Source: Planctomycetota bacterium (GTDB lineage Bacteria; Planctomycetota; JAJSAM01; JAJVHW01). From it: a stretch of 64,000 nucleotides of DNA. Where the stretch lies: the NCBI GenBank assembly GCA_965248445.1, contig CBDFJG010000002.1, positions 288,001 to 352,000 of the forward strand, in the 5' to 3' direction. The notes beneath the pieces were generated by a model that saw only the letters and a program-made list of their open reading frames with translations, ran no database searches and was not told the origin of the DNA. Both the position numbers and the translations under genes were made by a program. Shown one piece after another: positions 59,341 to 64,000 of the stretch (the first letter of the stretch is position 1; every line of letters starts with the position of its first letter).

Positions 59341-60651
59341 CTACTTCGAGAATTCATCCAGGATCTCGCGCAGCTTCTGGCGTGCGCGGTCAGCGAGTTC
59401 GGGGATGCCGATGTCGTTCGCCGCGTTCGTGAGGACCTTGCTGGCCTGGAAGTTCGTGCCCTGCTCGGCCTTCTCGTAGGCGCGGGAGATCCGCATGCCG
59501 AGCCACTTCTCAGCGTCCTTGAACAGCTTGCGCTCCATGTCATCGCTCTGCCGCCCGAGCGCCGGATCTGCCGCGCCGAACTTCGTGCGGAACTCCTTGC
59601 ACTTGTCGATCGCGGCGCCGAACCGGCCGAGCTTGCTCAGTCCGGCGACGTCCGCCTGCAGGCGGTTCCATCCCTCTTGCGCGGTCCTCGGTTCGTCGGC
59701 GCCCGACGACCCGGTGATCTTGACACGCTCCTTGCGCACTTCGTCGACCGCGGGGCCGCCCAGATGGCCGTACTCGGCGAGGAACGAGTCGAGTTTGATC
59801 AGGTACTCCGCGTCGTTCTTCCAGTTGTCGTCCTGTCGCCAGGTCCGGATCGCGATCTGCGCCTGGATCGACTCGTTGACTCTCCCCGCGTTCTTCTCCG
59901 ACTCGATGTTGCGCGCCGCGCGCTCCTTGAGTTCGGTGATGCGACCGCCGAACGCCGGGTCGTTCTCGTCGGCGGCCTGCGCGGCGGTGAGCACGCCCTG
60001 CCAGTTCATCTTGCGCTCGGCCGCCTGCATGTCGATGAAGGCGCGCTCGGCGGGCGCGACGGTGTCATTGAGCATCATCCAGCCGAGTCCGGCGATGATG
60101 ACCAAGCCGCCGAGCAAGCCCATGATCATCGGCGCGGGACTGGACTTCTTTCGGCGGAACCGCCGGCGCGGGCGCTCTTCCTCGTAGCCGTCGTCGCGAC
60201 GAGAGGACCGGCGGGCGGGCGCGGCGCGCCGTGACGTCCGTGCCGGCGCTCGGCGCGCTGAGGCGCGACCGGGAGCCGCGCGCCCGCTTCCCGCGCTCGA
60301 GACCGCCCGCCGAAGTTCCGCTTCCGAGACCACGGAGGTTGTGGCGGGAGCGGCACCGGTCGCTCCCGCGTCGTCGCGGAACACGAGCCGGACGTCGCCC
60401 ACCTCGAGAACGTCGTCAGCGCGCAGCGGGTGCTGGTTGACGTAGCGGCCGTTCACGCGCGTGCCCGCGTCGCTCTCGAGGTCGACGACCTTCCACGCAC
60501 CCATCACCGCGACGATCTTGCAATGCTCGGACGACACCGAGCGATGGTCCAGCACGACGTCGCACGCCGTGTCCGAACCGATCACATTGTCGCCGGTCGA
60601 CAGGACGTAGCTGCGTTCGCCGAGCGGACCGCTGGTCTCGAGCTTGGGCAC
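59341..60651 (-). CDS. FHA-domain membrane protein with helical extracytoplasmic region
   Basis: IGS...CDVVL....VS..H, DLES..GT.VNG; Arg-rich linker; one TM; GTG start 60651. Confidence 0.85.
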   Translation of the reverse strand: MPKLETSGPLGERSYVLSTGDNVIGSDTACDVVLDHRSVSSEHCKIVAVMGAWKVVDLESDAGTRVNGRYVNQHPLRADDVLEVGDVRLVFRDDAGATGAAPATTSVVSEAELRRAVSSAGSGRAAPGRASARRAPARTSRRAAPARRSSRRDDGYEEERPRRRFRRKKSSPAPMIMGLLGGLVIIAGLGWMMLNDTVAPAERAFIDMQAAERKMNWQGVLTAAQAADENDPAFGGRITELKERAARNIESEKNAGRVNESIQAQIAIRTWRQDDNWKNDAEYLIKLDSFLAEYGHLGGPAVDEVRKERVKITGSSGADEPRTAQEGWNRLQADVAGLSKLGRFGAAIDKCKEFRTKFGAADPALGRQSDDMERKLFKDAEKWLGMRISRAYEKAEQGTNFQASKVLTNAANDIGIPELADRARQKLREILDEFSK

Positions 60652-60860
60652 GTGCCCCCCCCCTCTGTCCTCTCGCGGGCTCTGACGCCGGTCAGAACCC
60701 GTCGTTCGTGGCGCGGAAACCGAAGGAGTGGGCGCCACGCTTTCGCCAGTCTCCCGCCGCCGGTCGCCGAGGCTAACACGGTCCCTGGGCGCGGGGGTGG
60801 ACCGACCCAGAGCCGCCAGCATGGCCCCCGACATGGCCCCAAGCTCTCGGTCGTGGCGGC

Positions 60861-61334
60861 ATGACACCGCGCCAACGATTGCCTCGTCCCCCGTGCGCCC
60901 GCTGCGGGCAGCCCGCGGGGCAGCGCCACAACAAGCACTGCTCTCGTGCGTGCGCTCGGGAGGCCGCTGCGCAGGGGCTTCGCAAGTTCGACCTACCCAA
61001 CGACGAACTCGCCCGGCTCGTGTGGGAATTCACGATGCCGGAGCTGGGTCGCCGGTTCGGGGTGTCTTCGACGGCGGTCGCGATCCGGTGCAAGAAGCGC
61101 GGCATCAAGACCCCTGTCCCGGGGTTCTGGAACGGACGCGCCTCTGGGCGCTTCGATGCGCGCGGACGGTTCCGTAATCAGATCGTCTGGTGCGGCTGCG
61201 GCTGTGGCGAAGTCATGAAGGGGCGTAGCGGCTACCGCCTGCAGGAGGCGGGGCTGGTCGAACTCACCGTCGCGCCGGGGTTGTCCGACTGGCGGCGGCT
61301 GCGGAAGTCCCCCACCCAGAGCAAGGAGACGTGA
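60861..61334 (+). CDS. Phage-type Cys-rich + HTH DNA-binding protein
   Basis: CARC...CSRAC; ELARLVWEFTMPELGRRFGVSSTAVAIRCKKRGIKTP.PGFW; CGCGCG. Confidence 0.65.
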   Translation: MTPRQRLPRPPCARCGQPAGQRHNKHCSRACAREAAAQGLRKFDLPNDELARLVWEFTMPELGRRFGVSSTAVAIRCKKRGIKTPVPGFWNGRASGRFDARGRFRNQIVWCGCGCGEVMKGRSGYRLQEAGLVELTVAPGLSDWRRLRKSPTQSKET

Positions 61335-61981
61335 TGGCGGAAGTGACGTTCAACGAGACGACGCTCCTCTTCGCAATCTCGCAGGGCTGGAAGCTGACCG
61401 GTGGAAGCGGCTCTGTGTTGTTCCACCGGCCCGACGGGACGACGTGCGGGCAGAGCGTCGCAGAGACGGAGATCCCGCAGTGGTACGCAGAGCAGCAGTC
61501 CCGCGTCACCGCTGGGGACGCGCTACGGGAGGCCGTTCAGTCGCCCACCGTCACTGAGTGGTTGGCGCTTGATGGGCCGTCCTTGGCGGACTCGTTCGCT
61601 CCCGCGCACGACGACACGCAAGCCGAGGCTTGGTGGCGGCGCGCTGCGTGGTCCCTTGCCCAGCAGCTCGCCGACCTGAAGAACGCGGAGAAGGGGGAGC
61701 CCGAGGAGGAGACAGTCCAGCGTTGCCGCGCATCCCAGACGGGCGTGGACAAGTTCTGCTCGCGGCCACCAGGTCACCTCGGCGACCACATCGCGCGCTT
61801 CGGCCACGAGGAAGCCGGTGCGCTCATGGAGTGCTGGCCGCAAGACGCCTGGATCGAGGAGGCGGCTGCGCGGGCATGGGATGAGCACAAGCGCCAGTTC
61901 CCTCGCTTCAGCGAGTGGATCGGCACCGAGCCGCTCGCCAGCATCATCCGCGACTGCTACCGGAACCGAGGCGCGAAGTGA
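61334..61981 (+). CDS. Phage hypothetical protein
   Basis: AGGAG RBS, TGATG coupling, C...C.R..GH.G.H motif. Confidence 0.65.
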   Translation: MAEVTFNETTLLFAISQGWKLTGGSGSVLFHRPDGTTCGQSVAETEIPQWYAEQQSRVTAGDALREAVQSPTVTEWLALDGPSLADSFAPAHDDTQAEAWWRRAAWSLAQQLADLKNAEKGEPEEETVQRCRASQTGVDKFCSRPPGHLGDHIARFGHEEAGALMECWPQDAWIEEAAARAWDEHKRQFPRFSEWIGTEPLASIIRDCYRNRGAK

Positions 61982-62247
61982 GCCACTGCCAAGGGTGCGC
62001 CACGCTGGAGGCTGAGGCTCTAAGCCTTGCTCGCGACCATCAGTTCCAGATGGAGAAGCGCGTAGCGGCTGAGGCCGAGGTCAAGCGACTGACTGCGGAG
62101 CGGGACGACCACTCTCTCCGCGCCATCGGCCGACGCATCGTCGCCGAGGCGCAGGCCGACACGACACCCGGATCCCCGTTCGCCGCCCGCATTGAGGAGG
62201 CAGCCGTGCGCGTCTTGCGCGAGCAGCTCGAAGGGAGCGCCACATGA
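61978..62247 (+). CDS. Phage hypothetical protein (CxxC + coiled coil)
   Basis: GTGA and ATGA overlaps at both ends; MSHCQGC. Confidence 0.6.
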   Translation: MSHCQGCATLEAEALSLARDHQFQMEKRVAAEAEVKRLTAERDDHSLRAIGRRIVAEAQADTTPGSPFAARIEEAAVRVLREQLEGSAT

Positions 62248-62663
62248 GCGCTCGCTGTCCCCACTGCCAAGAGAGCAAGCGACTCACCGAACTCGAGGAA
62301 CGCGTCGCAACGCTCGAAGGGCTGATCAAGGGCACCGGCACCAGCGATCGCTTCGACGGCTCGCTCAGCACGATCGTCGAGACCGTCGGACGCCTCTGGC
62401 TCCTGAAGCCGGCCGTCATCATCGGCCCGCAGCGCACGAAACGCATCTCCGAAGCGCGCCAGGTCGTGTTCTACATCGCGTGCCTCTCTCTGGATGAGTC
62501 GCTCGTGGAGATCGGCCGGTGGCTTGGCGGGCGCGATCACAGCACCGTCATCTACGGCCGTGACCGAGCGACCGCGCGACTGGCGACGGACAGTGCGTTC
62601 GCTGATCGCGTGACGGGTGCGCTCGCTGCGCTCGGACTCCTGGAGACGGAGCAGGCGGCGTGA
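62244..62663 (+). CDS. Stand-alone DnaA C-terminal (domain IV) HTH protein
   Basis: RTKRISEARQVVFY...SLVEIGRWLGGRDHSTVIYG; no AAA+ domain. Confidence 0.85.
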   Translation: MSARCPHCQESKRLTELEERVATLEGLIKGTGTSDRFDGSLSTIVETVGRLWLLKPAVIIGPQRTKRISEARQVVFYIACLSLDESLVEIGRWLGGRDHSTVIYGRDRATARLATDSAFADRVTGALAALGLLETEQAA

Positions 62664-63718
62664 GCACCACGAAGATCGAGTGGACACGCGGCGACGACGG
62701 AACGCCGGGTAAGACGTGGAACCCGTTGCGCGGCTGCAGCAAGGTCAGCGCCGGCTGCAAACACTGCTACGCCGAGACGATGGCGATGCGCTTCTCCAAG
62801 CCGGGACTCTGGGGCCACGGCGTCGCCGATGCGAACGGTTGGACCGGCAAGGTCGTCCTCGCTCCCGAGAAGACGCTCACGGCGCCGCTGCGGTGGCGGA
62901 AGCCGTGTCGCGTGTTCGTCAACTCGACGAGCGACCTGTTCCACGAGCGGGTCGCGTTCGAGTGGATGGCGCTGATCTTCGCGGTTATGGCGCTCTCGCC
63001 ACAGCACACGTTCCAGTGTCTGACCAAGCGGCCGGCACGGATGCGCCGGTTCGTCGAGATGCTCACCCCACCAGGCGAGTCGCGTCGCCTCATGGCGGAC
63101 GCACTCGGGCGCTACCCCGTCGATCTCCCGAAGCGGAACGGCGGGTGGCAGGTCCCGTACGAGTGGCCCCTCCCGAACGTGCACGTCGGCTTCTCAGCAT
63201 CCAACCAGGAGACGTTCGACGCGCGCGTGGACGACGCCGTCGCGACGCCGGCTGCGGTCACGTTCGTCTCCCTCGAGCCCATGCTCGGGCCGGTGGATCT
63301 CACGGGCTGGTTCCCGGACCGACTCGCGCCCGGCGCGCGCTGGGCGGACTGCCTCTGCGCGGAGATCGACCCGAGTGACGTGCCCTGCGTCGTGTGCGAG
63401 GCGCAGAACGGAATCGACTGGGTCATCTGCGGCGGCGAGAGCGGCCCCGGCGCGCGGCCGTTCGATCTCAAGTGGGCACGGTCGGTTCGCGATCAGTGCG
63501 CCGATGCGGGCATCGCGTTCTTCCTGAAGCAGACCGGCGCCTGGCCGATGGACACGACGCATAACCTCCTCGACGCCGGGTCGTCGGCGTACGCGAACCG
63601 CTGCGCCACGGGTATCCACGACAAGAAGGGTGGGGACCCATCGGAATGGCCGGACGACCTGCGCACCTGCCGCGCGTTCCCCGCGTCCCCCCAGCAGCCC
63701 GGAGGTGCAGCGCAGTGA
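62660..63718 (+). CDS. Phage Gp37/Gp68 (DUF5131) family protein
   Basis: TKIEW...TWNPLRGCSKVSAGCKHCYA, FVNSTSDLFH, LTKRP, SLEPMLG, WVICGGESG..ARP, FFLKQ.G. Confidence 0.92.
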   Translation: MSTTKIEWTRGDDGTPGKTWNPLRGCSKVSAGCKHCYAETMAMRFSKPGLWGHGVADANGWTGKVVLAPEKTLTAPLRWRKPCRVFVNSTSDLFHERVAFEWMALIFAVMALSPQHTFQCLTKRPARMRRFVEMLTPPGESRRLMADALGRYPVDLPKRNGGWQVPYEWPLPNVHVGFSASNQETFDARVDDAVATPAAVTFVSLEPMLGPVDLTGWFPDRLAPGARWADCLCAEIDPSDVPCVVCEAQNGIDWVICGGESGPGARPFDLKWARSVRDQCADAGIAFFLKQTGAWPMDTTHNLLDAGSSAYANRCATGIHDKKGGDPSEWPDDLRTCRAFPASPQQPGGAAQ

Positions 63719-63741
63719 AAACCCATAACAGGAGGAACGAC

Positions 63742-64000
63742 ATGGACATCGAACGACTGAGACGATCCACGCTGCGTGTCGGAGGCGTCTGTAACACGAC
63801 GACCCGCCGCAAGGTCATCGAGGACGCCATCGCTGCGATCCAGGAGGACGGCGTCACGGCGCTCGCTCGTGAGTTCATGGGCGTGAAGCGGTACGCGCAC
63901 TTTGGAGACCAGCGCACGGACTGCGCGTACGGCATGGGGCCGCGGCACGGGTCCATCGCCTTCAGAGTCGGGCGCGACACGTCGCACCGCAGTCGCGCGC
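63742..64000 (+). CDS. Phage hypothetical protein, partial
   Basis: AGGAGG RBS, ATG 63742, MDIERLRR...GVKRYAHFGDQRTDCAYGMGPRHGSIAF..., open to the window end. Confidence 0.65.
   Translation, partial: MDIERLRRSTLRVGGVCNTTTRRKVIEDAIAAIQEDGVTALAREFMGVKRYAHFGDQRTDCAYGMGPRHGSIAFRVGRDTSHRSRA

Larger units (their letters stand above)
60812..64000 (+). mobile_element. Left edge of a prophage-like element (continues beyond the window)
   Basis: Tightly overlapping small co-oriented ORFs including Gp37/Gp68 (DUF5131) and a DnaA-CTD protein; boundary approximate. Confidence 0.7.

Noticed and set aside
60670..60745. Riboswitch (c-di-GMP-I-like) upstream of the FHA gene
   Set aside because: Two hairpins are present but the conserved aptamer motifs are not matched, and the faint resemblance is on the wrong strand.
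62244..62663. Chromosomal dnaA / oriC
   Set aside because: Only domain IV is present, the context is phage-like, and no dnaN or DnaA-box cluster was seen.
1..64000. Many long overlapping ORFs in the six-frame track (e.g. 6917-8659 +, 18495-19880 +, 50995-52905 +)
   Set aside because: Arg/Ala/Pro-rich shadow frames of real genes, as expected at high GC; no recognisable motifs.

Overview
High-GC bacterial chromosome segment, about 70% GC by eye. Gene content (BlaI/M56 with secretin-like repeats, LpxR, LptFG, many secreted proteins) suggests a diderm, possibly Planctomycetota-like organism; this is inference. Four zones: (1) 1-9.3 kb core genes: lexA-imuA-like, GT2, alkA-like, blaI/blaR-like, lpxR, APH-family kinase, tRNA-Thr and tRNA-Tyr. 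(2) 9.3-18.9 kb, a decayed accessory island behind tRNA-Tyr with a stuttered tandem IS66 array (1 full and 2 truncated copies), a second IS66, an IS1380, a 285-bp MITE and a polymorphic-toxin/immunity-like remnant. (3) 18.9-60.7 kb, ordinary housekeeping, envelope and signalling genes (ABC transporters, ECF sigma/anti-sigma, NtrX/NtrY-like, priA, rsgA, GGDEF, rluA-family, lptFG, arginase, trpS, FHA). (4) 60.8-64 kb, the left edge of a prophage-like element. The most unusual signal is in the toxin remnant (15.76-16.92 kb). It is broken by four exact tandem micro-duplications (7, 7, 8 and 8 bp), plus a CTAG doublet at the toxin/immunity junction. Removing one copy of each restores one continuous reading frame. 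The 8-bp and CTAG scars match the target-site duplications expected for the neighbouring IS families, as if elements had inserted and been excised leaving footprints. All family calls come from motif recognition by eye; no database search was run.
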